The position numbers were made by a program, and so were the translations under genes. Shown here piece by piece: positions 1 to 13,631 of a stretch of 64,000 nt of DNA. The notes under the pieces are model-generated. The model made no database searches and had not been told where the DNA came from. It worked only from the letters and a program-made list of their open reading frames with translations. The DNA is from Podarcis cretensis (taxonomy: Eukaryota): positions 70,122,001 to 70,186,000 of the forward strand of contig OX638154.1 in the NCBI GenBank assembly GCA_951804945.1. Direction: 5' to 3'. The number at the start of each line of letters is the position of its first letter. The first letter of the stretch is position 1.

Positions 1-3000
1 ATAAGCCAGAGGACATTTTTAATCCATGCTTCCATTGCGTGGTTTTCTGCTGTGGTTTTGTTGAATTTTAAACTGATGCGTAATTGAGTAAATAAGAAAA
101 ATAAATCTCAACAGCCTTTTACTACTGTATCTCAAATAATGTAACCGGAGTTAAACCAATAAATAAGAGGAGGGAAATAATAATAAAGACTTGTAGATTC
201 CTTTCAAATCATGCCATTAATACTTTTCTGTTGGCAGCAGTTGCAGTGACGGATTCTTTTTCATAAGAATTCAGTGCATGCAAGGTGCAATGCCCTTTAA
301 TGGGGCTTCTCTCGTGTAGCATTCTGATAGTATTGATTTAAGCTTTGACTTACATTGCCTTCAGGAGTATTGCTGGCCATATATTTTCCACCCAACCTTA
401 GGCTGAGATGCAGTGTAGTAAATTGCCGCCAAGGCCAGAACCTTCAGATGACCGCATGCATGCTGATGAAGGACACCTGCCTTGATTGAAAATAAGTGGC
501 CAGACACACATCTAAGAATAGTATGAATCAGCATTGGGTTTAATATATATTTGAAAGAACTCTTGGAAAAAATAGCTTGGGGTTGCAGGTTAGTTCTGTG
601 CCAAGCCTCATGGCTCCTGAAAGAATATATTAGCCCCAGAGCAAATCTCCATGGAAAAAATGAAATTTGGTACTAACATCTTAAAGGCAGAATTAACACT
701 TTAAAAGGCCATGCTCCTTTCAGCCCATGTCATTATCAAGATATACCCTTCTCTCTTCCAAGCAGTCCTGCTCAAATCGGTTGTCTTGATTTATGTTCTG
801 CTGCATTTAATATACTAAATGAGCATACGCTAAGCTTACAATAATGCCGTTATTTATAATGGGAAAGCATTCTTTTTCACCATAACAACATCGCTAATTA
901 TATTACATTATTGGTCACTGTAGCCGCTAAATCAGATGTAAAGTGGATTTAGGGTTCCTGTACATGGGATCATGGAGCCATTTATCTCAGCCCTTTGCTG
1001 AGCAGACTTTTATTAAGCTATGATGACTGTTGAATAGGAAATGTAACCAAGATTATTTTTATTCAAATATAATTTAAATATTCATCAAAGAGGATTTATG
1101 CTTGAAACTGACAGAGACTATTAACATCAAAAAATATAATTAACTGCACTGGGTATCATGAAGCAGAGTTAGTCAAATAGCCGAGAGGTCTAATTGCTCT
1201 AGAGTTTGCAAAGCAATAGTTTATATATTATACGGTTGCTGTGGAATTAATAGTAATGTGGTTTCCTATGTGAGGCAATTTAAAGCTTTCTGTTAAGGTT
1301 CATTGCTCTGGAGGAAATATGTTGAATATCATGTAGTAAACAGGACTGACACTTAAAAAAAACAGACATGAAAATGAGAACCTGTAAAGATTAAAAGGAC
1401 AAGAAAATACTGAGGCCTTTAAGTCATCAAAGGAATTTTATTTTGTAGAGTTTATAGACCTAAGCATTAGGCAACACACAGCAACATTGTTTACCAAAAG
1501 AAGGGGGTGGAAGAGAGAAAATAAAAGAGAAAAGGGTTAACAAATTACATTAAATTAAATGCTCCTTGGGAAAACGATTGATGCAAAGTGATCTATCAAA
1601 TTGGATGCAACACAGTCACTGATCTCTGATTGTGTGGATAAAAAAATACAGTGGCACACATACAATTGTCTCAAAGTTTTAATTTTAAACATCTTAACAT
1701 TTTTGGCTCCATTAGGCCTTTGTAGCAGAGTGTGAGAAAGGGACACCTTTCCCATTGTGCTTCACAGGGTCTTTTTGTATTTGCCCAGCCTACCCAGCCC
1801 TGAATTAATCAGATGTTGTAATGGCATTTTTGCATTACTGAAATTGCTGAAATGTGAGAGCTTAAGGGTCAAGGGGAAGAACAATAGCCCGATGTTAACA
1901 GAGCATCTGTTCTCCCTCCATTAATGAAGTTGCAGCTAATTGCCTAATAAATTGGTCATCATTACTCAAAAAGCCTAAATAACTCCAGACTTGAACACGA
2001 CCCTTACGAATATGAAGCAGAACCTCATAGGCACAAAGTAGAGGAGGATCTTTACATCCCCACCCCTGCAAATCTGTTTGAAGAGAATGGAAAGGAAACT
2101 AAACCAGACCCAAGCAGACTTCCAGTTGCTCGTAAAAACCATGCCTGTGTTATCCATTATTTAACATGCTTACCCTGTTTATATCAGTGACATAAGAGTG
2201 TGTGCTAGTTTCTCCGAAGAGTACTGTCTTTGCCGCTTCATAGCACACTGTCTTGTACTCCCAGGCCTGCACATGGTGTTAGCAGATATTTAAAGCATTT
2301 CAGTCTAACATTTTATAGGTCATGATGAACTGAGCCTATAAAGCAAGTTACTGCTAGGAAGTTAATGCAGTCTAAGAGTGTAACGTAGACTGAATGCTCT
2401 ACTCAGTCAGTGTGTTTCAGCTTGCCACAAGAACCATCAGTGGGGAATTAAAAATTACCCTCATATAAAGCTCTAATGGCAGATTGCTTGATAACATAAC
2501 AATAGCCAGAACTATTCTACAGATGGATGTGCCTTAGATTTCTACTGTCACAAATTTAGAGTCTCGGTTTCTTTTTAAAATAAGGTCATTATAGGAACAT
2601 GCATATTTCCCCCCTGATTTACATACACAAATGCTCAGAACTTCGAAAGAAAGTCAAGGTGCTGATAATATTTATCAGAGATGTAGGATATGTGATTCGC
2701 TGGCCTATTACCTCTTTTTCATTATTCATTGTTCTCCCTTGGTGACCTTTACACCCAACTTCCACCCATTGAGTGATGGTTTGAAGGGGGAATCAGCTGT
2801 ACTCGTGGCGTTGACTCCTCTGTTATTGGGACTCCTGGTCACATTGAGGAGCCCCTTGTGAGTAGAGCCAAAGGTCTATTCAACTTGTGGAGGCCAGGGA
2901 CATGCCATAAATGCTCCCATCTTTTTAATGGCATGGTCCCCTTTACTTGGGAAAGCATATAAGGCAGTCAGTCAGTGGATATTGCAATCCTACGTCAAGC

Positions 3001-3022
3001 TTTTCTTAGGTTTGAGAAAGTA

Positions 3023-3350
3023 CAGTGGTGCCTCGCAAGACGAAAATAATCCGTTCCACGAGTCTCTTCGTCTAGCGGTTTTTTCGTCTTGCGAAGCAAG
3101 CCCATTGACGGCTTAGCGGATTAGCGCTATTAGCGGTTTAGCGGCTTTTAGCGGCTTATCGGCTTAGCGGATAAGCGGCTTAGAAAAAGGGGGGGAAAGG
3201 AAAAAACCCCCGCAGGAACTCGCAAGACATTTTCGTCTTGCAAAGCAAGCCCATAGGAAATTCGTTTTGCGAAGCACCTCCAAAACGGAAAATTCTTTCG
3301 TCTAGCGAGTTTTCCGTCTTGCGAGGCATTCGTCTTGCAGGGCACCACTG
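3023..3350. mobile_element. Non-autonomous Tc1/mariner-superfamily MITE (family A, 328 bp)
   Basis: TIRs cagtggtgcctcgcaagacgaa / ttcgtcttgcagggcaccactg, TA on both sides, internal repeats of the tcgtcttgcg motif and a ttagcgg array; second copy at 62449-62793. Confidence 0.9.
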
Positions 3351-6300
3351 TATCGGGTTGGGTATGTGTGTAAGGCACTTTATTAAACAAACATACTTTG
3401 CACTCCAGTCAGTGTCCCTGAACATTCAAAACCTTTATATGGTGTAACAAAAAATCCTTTTATACTACGGTGCCCGCCTCCCCTCACTGGATTCCTTATT
3501 CTTATTTCCAAACTAGGGAAGGCAGGTACACCAGACTGGACTATATTTCATCTAATAGAGATGTATCCATTGTAAGTGTAAAACCACCCATATTATTTTA
3601 GTAGTGGCTGTTGGTGCAAAGCTTATCTTTTAACCTTGCTCTTCCAGCATGGCTTTCTTGCTGTGATTTCTAGCTAGAGTGGGTAATGATGCTGAACATG
3701 CCTTTAATCTAGGCATTTTATGAACTCTGCAAAGCTATTGTTTCAGCATAAATCACAGCGCTGTCCTCAACCTTAGGGTTTATGTGAAGGATTGTTCATA
3801 TATGTGCAAAAATGAGGCTGGTTGGACTCATTTCTCTACACACCACACGCCCCTGCACATGTGATGTTTACTTTCAGGTGGTAAATTCTGTGATACAAAT
3901 ATGTAGATCTGTAGGTGATTTCTCATTTCAAATGTATTAGTCTTCAGAGCACTGCCAGTATCACAGATAAGTTGAGGAGATGTCACTAACCTAAACACTT
4001 AGTGTTCTTTGATTATTTCTTCATCTTTGTGACTAAAGATCTCTCAATGTAGTTCTACATTTTAAGGATCACTTTGGAGAGTGCTCGGTAAGACTAAATA
4101 CATAGGAGGTAGCGTTCTGTTATCATGAATGCCATCAGAAATGCCTTGTTGCCTCTCTTATCAGCCACTTCCTGCTGTCAACCAGTGCGTATTTCAATAG
4201 GGAAGGATTTGCTTCCAGTGTAATGCAGCATAATGTCTAACACGGAGTTTTTAATTGTGCAAACACACGAAGCCTTTGCAGTGGTAGGCAATTTGATAAA
4301 AGGATTAGATTATGAATATTTCCAACTTGATTAGAGATTAGCTGGGAGCTGATCAATGTGAGTCAATGAATCTCCCCAAATCTCTTACGTTTCTCGCACA
4401 TCTGAACTTGCTTGTGGAGTGGGGAGGGGGCTTTCCCCAGCAATATTAATTATAATACAAACCTGCCATTCATTGTGAAGGAGTCAGGTAGATTCTTGCA
4501 GAACACATTCAAAGAAGTAATGTACCTAATCCGTGCAAGATTAAGCCTTTTTAGTTCCAAAAAAAATTAATGATTTTTCAGAGGAAGTGTTATAACTCAG
4601 AAGCTTTTACAAACTTTCAAGATGCTAATTGTACCCAGACATCGCCATGGCTGGTGAATAACTGTTCCTTTGTGGCATCCAGGCTTTCTCAAGAAAGAAA
4701 GAAACTTGGACAACAACGCAGCACTTGTAGCACAAACTTTAGAGATACATTTTAATAGAAAATGACACCACTGGTACTGACTTGATTAAAGATCCTTCCA
4801 AGGTCACAACACTTCTGTCGCAAGTTTTAAGCCACATGGGGGGGAAAGGGATAGGGATATCGGAAGATCAACTCAAAAGTCTTTTCATTTACTTATTAGT
4901 CTCCAGTTTGAGATTTGTACTTTTTAAATCCATAAATGGAAAGCTAAAGGTATGGGGCAGGGGAGAGATTCGGACTGGTCTCAGATTGCAATCTTAATCA
5001 GGACAAGAAAGAGGAAAAGAACAAAAGGAAAGTAATCTGGATCATTTGGGAATGGCTTGAAATTAGCCAGCTATATTGGCTTCTTTTAGTGTTTCGCTGT
5101 ATGTTGGACTGTGCCATTATACGCCGTAAATATAATGCAAACACAGATCACATTGACAACAAAGGAGGATATCTGTGTTCCCTCCATTCATGGGGTAACT
5201 TTAAAAAAGAAAGAAAGAAATGTATTTACTCTTAAGAACCAACTTATTCTGCACACAAAGGTTTGTGTGTTGACTCCCCCCCCCCCTCATTTGCATCATT
5301 AGTGACTGAAATACTCAGAGAGTGTAATTAATGGGCTAAGAGAGTCATTTAGGCAAACCCAGAGCCATGAGGGTGAAATATTTTTCTCCATGGAAAGATC
5401 TTTAAGGAATAAATAATTGCACGCACCAGAGGTTTGCAATGGCCAATCTAAATGCGAGCGTGCAATTAGGAAGAGCGTGGCTCAAGAAGCAAAACGCTTG
5501 CCGCTATCCACATATCATGTGACTAATTAAATATTTAAAAGTCCATCCCTACCCTTCTTCATCCCTTGCTCCCCAAAAGAAAAATATTATGCCACAAATA
5601 GACTGGTACCCTTTGCAGATAATTAACAAGTTTTGGAAGGAGGGTGCAGATTCTGATAGCCTCCAAGGTTCTTACAAGGTCATGTCTTATTATGCTGCAT
5701 CTTCTATATGTCCTGGTAACAACTTTCTTGCTAATTTAAATCTTAACTAGGACATCCCATAGCGATTTCCCATTTCCCTTGTCAAAATGGAAAGTGATTG
5801 TTTCTGTATGCAAAAACTGCAGTAGGTGCACGTTCTCATAAGTAATTGGTCCTAATTGACACTGGCCCCAATATATAGAGATACATTGTAATTATCCCAC
5901 GAGAAGTTTGGAAACTGTAGGCATCCTGTAAATGCTTAAATAAATAAGTGTGCGCACACATTTATTCGCTGTATGTATCTGCAATAATGTTTCCCCTGCA
6001 TTATGTTGAGACATGATGACCCTTTGAAATTAAGAGAGCCTCAGTGGTCTGCTTCGTAAATAAATATGTTTTATTTTGCTCCTAAAATGAAGCCACTTTT
6101 ATGTTGAATGTGCAATTCTGCAAACGAGAAAGTTGGGTTGGATTAATAAGACTCTGAGTGAGTCAGGCCTAATTTGCATTAAACTGACCCAAAGGTCTTG
6201 TAAAATTGCTCAGAATTATCAAGGCTTCTAACATATCAGAGGTTTTATTAACAAATTACTGGTGTTATATTTTTTTAAAAAAATATGCTTATTTTGCTAA

Positions 6301-6582
6301 TTAAAGGACCTTTCAAAGGCAGTTTTAAATTGTATTTAAAATCTATGCAAATTATGTTATATAAAGAAAATACATCCCACATATTGTTGTTTGTGTACAC
6401 GCTTGCAGAAGTTGTTATTGGGGTATCACATTAAAACTAGAAAGCGGTAAAAACATTCTGACATGGTAAAACATGTAACCCTTTTGTGGACATTTCAAAT
6501 AAAATAATTAGTGGCATACAAGTGTTTACTACCAAATCTACTGGGTCTTTATTTTATGCCAGTTGTGAGCACACCTTATGGA

Positions 6583-6950
6583 AGTAAAGGTAAAGGACCC
6601 CTGACAGTTAAGTCCAATCGCAAACAACTCTGGGGTTGCGGCGCTCATCTCGCTTTACAAGCTGAGGGAGCCGGTGTTTATCTGCAGACAGTTTTTCTGG
6701 GTCATGTGGCCAGCATGACTAAGCCGCTTCTGGCGCAACAGAGCACTGAAACCAGAGCAGCACACGGAAACACCGTTTACCTCCCTGCCGGAGAAGTACC
6801 TATTTATCTACTTGCACTGGTGTGTTTTCGAATTGCTAGGTTGGCAGGAGCAGGGACCGAAAAATGGGAGCTCACCCTGTTGCGGGGATTCGAACTGCCG
6901 ACCTTCTGATCGGCAAGCCCAAGAGGCTCAACCACAGATCTACCTGGGTC
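6583..6950 (-). mobile_element. Sauria SINE, near full length, antisense to the gene
   Basis: (aaaggt)n, the reverse complement of the ACCTTT tail, at the left end; diagnostic core gggtcatgtggccagcatgac, ggaaacaccgtttacct, cgggattcgaac; TSD caccttatgga at 6572-6582 and 6951-6961. Confidence 0.88.
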
Positions 6951-7019
6951 CACCTTATGGACGTATGGTGTACTAATTTCAGTGGGACATGCCTTTACAT
7001 CAGATTTATCTAAGTTGCT

Positions 7020-7127
7020 GTAGTCCAGATGTTCTGGACTACAACTCCCTTTTATCACTGACCATTGGTTAAAATGGCTGGGGCTAATGGGAGTTGTAGT
7101 CTGAAATGTGTAAAGGGCACCAGTTTG
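7020..7127. mobile_element. Degenerate copy of a related hAT fold-back MITE
   Basis: ccagatgttctggactacaactccc ... gggagttgtagtc inverted core shared with 37547-37682; a further half-copy sits near 35075-35135. Ends approximate. Confidence 0.6.
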
Positions 7128-8072
7128 AAAGGATACATAGGTTACCCACTGTCACATCATGTACTACTTTGTTTCCAGTGTTTTGTTTTATTTGTTTAAA
7201 ATTGTTGGATGTATTTGTTCTCTTTGCTTTATATCTTTATTGTTTTGCCCATATTGATATATTAATGGATTGGTGGATTTAGTAAGCTGTAACAGGCAGT
7301 TGTTGCATGTCCGGCATATCACATCACTAGATGGGAAGCTAGTTTCACGGTGCGCATGTCATTCCTTTCACAGTGGAACCTGAAGGTGGCTTTATGCACT
7401 AAGTAATATTTGGTGGATTGTGTCCATTGGGTTCCATTTGCATTCATTGGATTCATATAGATGCAGAATTAAATTAAGTTATTTACTTTCAAATTAATTT
7501 GAATCCCTTGATTGATTTTACAGAACTAACCAAATAGAAGATAGTTGTATTTTTTTATTTGTATTGCATTTAAAAATAACTGCCACAAGCATTACTTATT
7601 ACATTAATTGTGACAAATGGGATCATTACTGTGAAACACCTTCTTTGCCATATTAATTGTGCCACATTTAGCTTCCTAATGTTATGTTTATTTAGTAATT
7701 AATAAGATTCAACAAATCATTAGTTATTAAACATTTAAGGAAAACTGCATCCGCATTTCTCCTGCAGTGTTAAAGTTGCTGGCTTATGCACAGGCCCTGC
7801 TGTCTTTGCTGCTACTCCATGTGCATCTCTCTTTTTCTGTGTGAGTGCACAAGTGCTTGGTTTCTTACATATATGTGTATTATGGTTGCCACCTTTGGTT
7901 GGGCAAAATACAGAACGGGTCAGGGTGGATTGGGGGGGGGGTGTCCCTAAAAATTACTTTATCAGGTGCAGAAATGACTTCAAAGCAATCCATTACAGTG
8001 ACACACTGGGATTATAGTGGTTTATTCAATGAAAAAAAACAACAACCCAGGCCTGCATACAATCGTGCGTAA

Positions 8073-8104
8073 GCGTGCGCGCGCACACACACACACACAC
8101 ACAC
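8073..8104. repeat. Alternating purine-pyrimidine tract (GC)n(CA)10
   Basis: gcgtgcgcgcgcacacac... Confidence 0.9.
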
Positions 8105-10191
8105 TGTCTGACTCCGAGTCTCCGTCTCCGACCCACCCGCTTCTGCCTGCACAAAAACTCTCCCCCCTCACTCTCCGATCCACCCATTGCCCTCCACAGC
8201 CTGTTCAAAACCCAAGACGCCACTGTAGATTGCCCATGCACTACAAACCACATCTCTCGCTCTCCGCGAGCCATCCGCTGCCCATGCAGAAACTCTCTCA
8301 CATGTATTGCCACATGTGCTGGATCACGCTGCATTAGTCTGGCTACTGAAAGCAGAGTTTGCTCTTTATCTACCACTGCCATCTCTTCCCACGTGTGTGT
8401 GTGTGTGTGTATTCTGACCACTCCAGTGTTCAGTTTTCCTCTCCATATCCAGTACTACATCTAGCTCCTCTATGCGTGCCAGGCTTGTCATGCTATACCA
8501 AACCTTTCATTTTAATCTTGGAGTATTTGTTCAAGACCATAGATTTTGCATTTTTAATCTTCCCTAGAACAGTGGTGAATAATGGCCCCTGGCAGGAGAT
8601 AATGAAATTTTCTTAATTTATATTTTCAAGCAGAAGCCTCAATTGAAAATGGCATCCTATGGCCCGGAGACATAGCTCTAGTGCAAGTTTCAGGGGAGCT
8701 GTAATAATAACGCAGTGCCAATGGTGACGGGGAATGATAGGACAGTGAAGAAGTAATTTAAGGAAGAAAAGGGAATGTACCAAAGCTTTATTGTAGCATA
8801 TCTAATGATCTACTGAAGATCCCCAATGGCTTTTGGAGCATGACAGGAGAAACTAATGTTATCTTGCCAAAACAGAAGCCTCTGCTTAATCAGCAGAGCA
8901 AGACTATTGATTAAAACACCTCACACAAATAGATTACACATGGAATCTCATCTCCATACTTTTCACTTGGTAAAGTGTAATAATGAGCATAAGATAATCA
9001 AAAGAAGAGCTAAAGCAATTTGTTGGGAATTGTACGAGTCAAGATTACAGCGGGAACGCAAACAAATTAGAATGAGAACAAGGACTGCTTTTAAAGCCAA
9101 GCACACGAGGACAAACTTGCACAGTACACAGGGATAAACATGGAGTGGGCCCATGTAACAGCAGTTAGGAAAATGAAAAATTGCCTCATGCATTGGTTCG
9201 ACTCCCTCACCCCCCTTCTCTTTATCTGATGTGCAAAAAAGCATAGGCCTGCTTTTGCCCAATCAGTCAAATGAGGTGAGCCAAGTTCACCATCTCTCTG
9301 GAGCTGTTAATTAGCTGGCCACGTTTGATTTCAGATTCCCTCAGTGTCGCTATACATATTGGAAAGATGTAAAAAGAATTGCAAATTCTAAAACACACAC
9401 ACACCCTCACATTTGTGGTCTTACATTATCTCTTCAATAGAATGCTATCTGACAGTGAATACTGTCATAAAAGCACAGGCATATTCCTGCATTCTCCTCA
9501 CAAGTGGGAGGTGGGCAGAAAGAGAGGTTTGTATGCAGACATGCCTATCTCTCTCTTTTTTTCCATATAAGTGGCAATTTACATGCCCCTTCCTCTACTT
9601 CGCTCCTCAAATAGCCTTATACATATATCTCAGAAGCACAGGAATTTTAAGTGCAACAATTACAGCTTTTGACAGAATCAGTTAATTAGCCTTCTAAAAT
9701 GAAGGACTGTTAATTGTGGGCTGTATTACTCTGGAATAAAAGCTGGTACTTAGAATAAGGGACAGCCGGCCACCCTATCCAACACATGCACACACTTCAA
9801 GAATCTCTACATTGTCCCAATGAAGAAGAAAAAGAAAAAAGGAACGTTACCACAGATGAACGATATGTGCTGGTTTATTATAACTTGCCAGTGGCTGTTA
9901 TCTACCTGTTCACTTTCGGATCATAGCCAATTATATGCTGCATTCATGCCGTCCAAAATAAAGTCCTATTAAGCTTCCACCAAGATGTATCTTTGCCAAA
10001 ATAAATCACAAATATGACCTTTAGTATATCATTTGACAAACAACAGTCCTGCTAACACAAGTGCTTTTGGCTGCAAAATGGAATCTCTCCCCCCCTCCTT
10101 TTTCCACACGGCCCTTAAATCTGCTCTAGAGTATTGTGAGAAAACCCGGTCAATGTTTAGGGAGATGTGGTGAGCAATATGATGAACACAA

Positions 10192-10483
10192 GTAAGGGTA
10201 AGGTGAAGGACCCCTGGATGGTTAAGTCCAGTCAAAGGTGACTACGGGGTGCAGCGCTCATCTTGCTTCAGGCCAAGGGAGCAGGCATTTGTCCACAGAC
10301 AGCTTTCTGGGTTATGTGGCCAGCATGACTAAACTGCTACTGGCACAACGGGACACCATGACTGAAGCCAGAGCACATGGAAACGCCGTTTACCTTCCTG
10401 CTCCAATGGTACCTACTGGTATTTATCTACTCACCCCATTGCATGGATTGGAACCGCTGACCTTCTGATCAGCAAGCCCAAGA
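10192..10483 (-). mobile_element. Sauria SINE, second copy (internally deleted), antisense
   Basis: Collinear with 6583-6950 (ggacccctg..gttaagtcca, atgtggccagcatgactaa, accttctgatc.gcaagcccaaga). Confidence 0.82.
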
Positions 10484-12239
10484 CCCTAGCAACCGTTCTG
10501 TTGAATCCAGTCACACAATGACTTCGTTGGATACAGTCCTTTGTTTCAAATTGTAATTTAATCTGTTTGTTGATTTCAGTGTTGATTTAGTTGCCTTGAA
10601 TACGATTTAACCATAAAACAGAGATTTAAATGTAGATTCAAGTTAGTTCCACATTTCCCATTATTCATTCATTTTATTATTTATCACAGGGCTTTATGTC
10701 CCAGGCTTTGGTAGAAATTCCTTGGGCAGCTGGCAATTGTTTTGTGAGTTTCTTTTTACTCACAAGGCATGCAAATGTTCAAAATAAGGCACACATATCC
10801 TGTTCCCAGTTAAGATATGTATTTTATACAAATTAACACATACTAGCAACCAGTATACACAGTTAGAAAATTCATATGCAGGCTATGAAATAAGTACATT
10901 GCCTACTGAGTGTGTTCAGTGTATGAGATACTGTGGCATTTTCATTCTCACGAAAGTATCATTTCAGAGCTGTAAAGTATATACAACTATAATGCTGTCA
11001 TTGGTAATTTTCTGCAGGATGTTGTCTAAAAATACTGAGAAAAATAGAAGTGGACAGTCCGCAGGCAGCTACTACTACCAATGACAGCTATTTGTCAGCT
11101 CCAGCTAGTCAGTCTTTTTTTATTTTTAAAATGCAAAGTCAAATTATGCGATCTACTTGAATCACACATATCTTCACATTTCACATCATGTATTCTGCTC
11201 TTGCATAAAAGGACAAGTTACCACAGAGAGTTACCCTTTGCCCACTGGAAGTCTTGTTGAGCCATCGTTCTGAGTGCTGAGATTTCATCACCCATTCCCT
11301 AGCCACTTTCAAGCATTTATATAGTGTCATAAAGGCTGGCAACTTACTTTAAAAAGAAGCTGGCAGTTGCAGGAAGCTGAATTCTATGTCCAGTAATGCA
11401 GTTATTTCTGCACTTGTGAGGAATCTCAAAATACACAATTTCAGTTGCAATAGTTAGGACAGAACCAACAGCCGTAGCATTATTGCAAAAGGGAAAGGGG
11501 AAAAAAAAAAAAGACCAGAAGTTTTCTGCTCAGCCTGAGACTTAGTTCCCATGATCTTATCTGTTGTGCATGAAACCTGGGTCCTTCCCATTGCTGTTGA
11601 CATTTCCTGAATGTTTCTTCCAAAGCTACCAACCAAAAATTCAAGTAGATTCGTGATTTATTTGCTGGAAGGACAACTCAAGTTGTACTATTGGGCTGTC
11701 TTTAATATTCTTCCAGCTGCGTGAACTGAAATCTCAGCTTCATCTTGCACCTGTTGGCCAGGGACAGATGTCAGGGGTTCCCTGACACAAGACAGATCTC
11801 TTCAACTTGTGCAAGGGGTATTCAGTAGTGTGGGAAGTGCTAGTAGCACAAGGATTGATGTACGGCTGGAGTCAAAGGCTAGACTATTATTTTAAGACCT
11901 GGCTTCCTTTCCTTCACTTTACTGACAAACAGAACTCACCCAGGAGATCAGCCAAGCTTCCCTTGTTTTTAGTCACCAAACTGTTTCTGACCTTTTATTT
12001 TCCTCCTTCCTTTGCTTTCAGAGAAAAAAAGGCTGAAAGTCATTTTCTTTCAACCCCTTTTTTGGTTTTGACTAGTGCTGCTTGAGCCAGATCAAAATCA
12101 ATCCATTTTAAAGTACCAAGCCGTAAAATACAAATCCCGTCTTAATATATTTGTTTGCAAAGTGCCAAACTGTACAAATCAGTAGCTTTCACTATGAAAA
12201 ATTGATTGTCAACTTTTCTAAGAGCAGGTAAATTAGGCA

Positions 12240-12273
12240 GTTTGTTTGTTTGTTTGTTTGTTTGTTTGTTTGT

Positions 12274-12322
<49 letters not shown>
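12240..12322. repeat. Compound microsatellite (GTTT)n(CT)n(GT)n
   Basis: Directly visible. Confidence 0.95.
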
Positions 12323-12974
12323 TTAAATACTTTAAAAAGAAGGCTGTAATTGTAGACACACTTACTTGGGAGTTAGTTTTGTTGAACACCATGAAAGTTA
12401 CTTGTGATAGCAAATATGCATAGAATTGTGCTAGTCTGCCCAGCATGAGCAATTAACTCATTAAAATCAATGAAACTTGAAACGTGCTTAATTTGGGCTG
12501 GATGAAGCCCTTTTGTTTTACTGTAATTTATAGCAAGAAGCATTATTTTCTTACAAAGGTTTATGATAACTTACCTAGGAATACATTCCATTGAACTTGG
12601 TGGGGCTTACATCTGAATAGGTATGTTTAGGATTTTTAATGTCCCCACCATGATGGGTTATATTTTGTTAATTAGATTTGTTATATTGTTTTAGGATTCT
12701 TGTAAGGCACCCTGTGAGTTGCCAGAATGCAGGGAGGGGTTATAGCAGTATCCAAGATAATTAAAATAAGCCTTTAGCCTTTACTGTCTGAAATTACTTC
12801 TGGTTCCGATTACTGAAAGTTCTGCAAAATTATTATGAGTTTGAACTAAAAATACATCTAGCCCACAACCTCTTTGTGGTCTAATTCAAATGCCTTAGCT
12901 ATGGTTGCTGCGAACTTTGTAAATTAATTCTGATTTTGTAATTAACACACATCCTTCTCCTTCTCCTGCCCCAG

Positions 12975-13084
12975 GTGCAACAACAGAACACAGTGTATAG
13001 TAGTTACCGGGTCAGATGTGTTTCCTGATCCTTGTCCTGGAACATACAAATACCTCGAAGTACAATATGAATGTGTCCCTTACA
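12975..13084 (+). CDS. ADGRL2: Exon (110 nt): C-terminal half of the SUEL/rhamnose-binding lectin domain, (R)[36 protein letters not shown]
   Basis: Pyrimidine tract + cccag| acceptor and a|gtaagt donor; contains the [12 protein letters not shown] lectin signature. Not in the ORF track (no upstream start codon). Confidence 0.96.
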
Positions 13085-13631
13085 GTAAGTATACGCTTTT
13101 TTTTGTTGCTGTTCTTGTTCACTTCCTCTAGCCTTCACAATTGATGCTGTGGCAGTCCAAGATGCACAAAAAGAGCATAGGTTTCGGGCCTGAGAACTAT
13201 TATGCATGCAGAGCACTTTCAAACTAGGCCTTCCAATTAGCTTCAGCAAAGTGTGGAAAGGAGCCATCGTGTGATGCTGGCCAAGTGGCTGTCTGTGTTC
13301 TTAAGTGTTTGGCTTTTAAGGGTACTAGGGTTTTATTCCGCCCCTCCCTCCCCCCCCCACAAAAACAAACTTGAATTAGCTATTCAAAAGACTAGATAGA
13401 AATTTGTACTTTTGCCCAATACCGGTTCCTGACAAATTGGCTTGGCTTGCAGTTTTCTAAAGAAACCACTGACTCCAATTTTAATCTTCCAACAGTTTGA
13501 AACAGCTACCTGCTGTGGTAACAGTGGTTCACAGCCATACAGTACCGTGGAAATATCCAGGAGTTATTTCCCCAGTTACTTGATACAGCAATGTTTGCTT
13601 TTATTTCATTTTTATTTTCAGTTTGAAGATC

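Noticed and set aside
3105-3185. Interstitial telomeric repeat
   Set aside because: The unit is TTAGCGG-like, not TTAGGG, and lies inside a MITE.
3148-3447. ORFs similar to the ORF at 62428-62703
   Set aside because: They are translations of two copies of the same non-coding MITE; no transposase (DDE/HTH) motifs.
6511-6909. 132-aa ORF (and the similar ORF at 10238-10468)
   Set aside because: Both are read-throughs of Sauria SINE sequence, which explains their mutual similarity.
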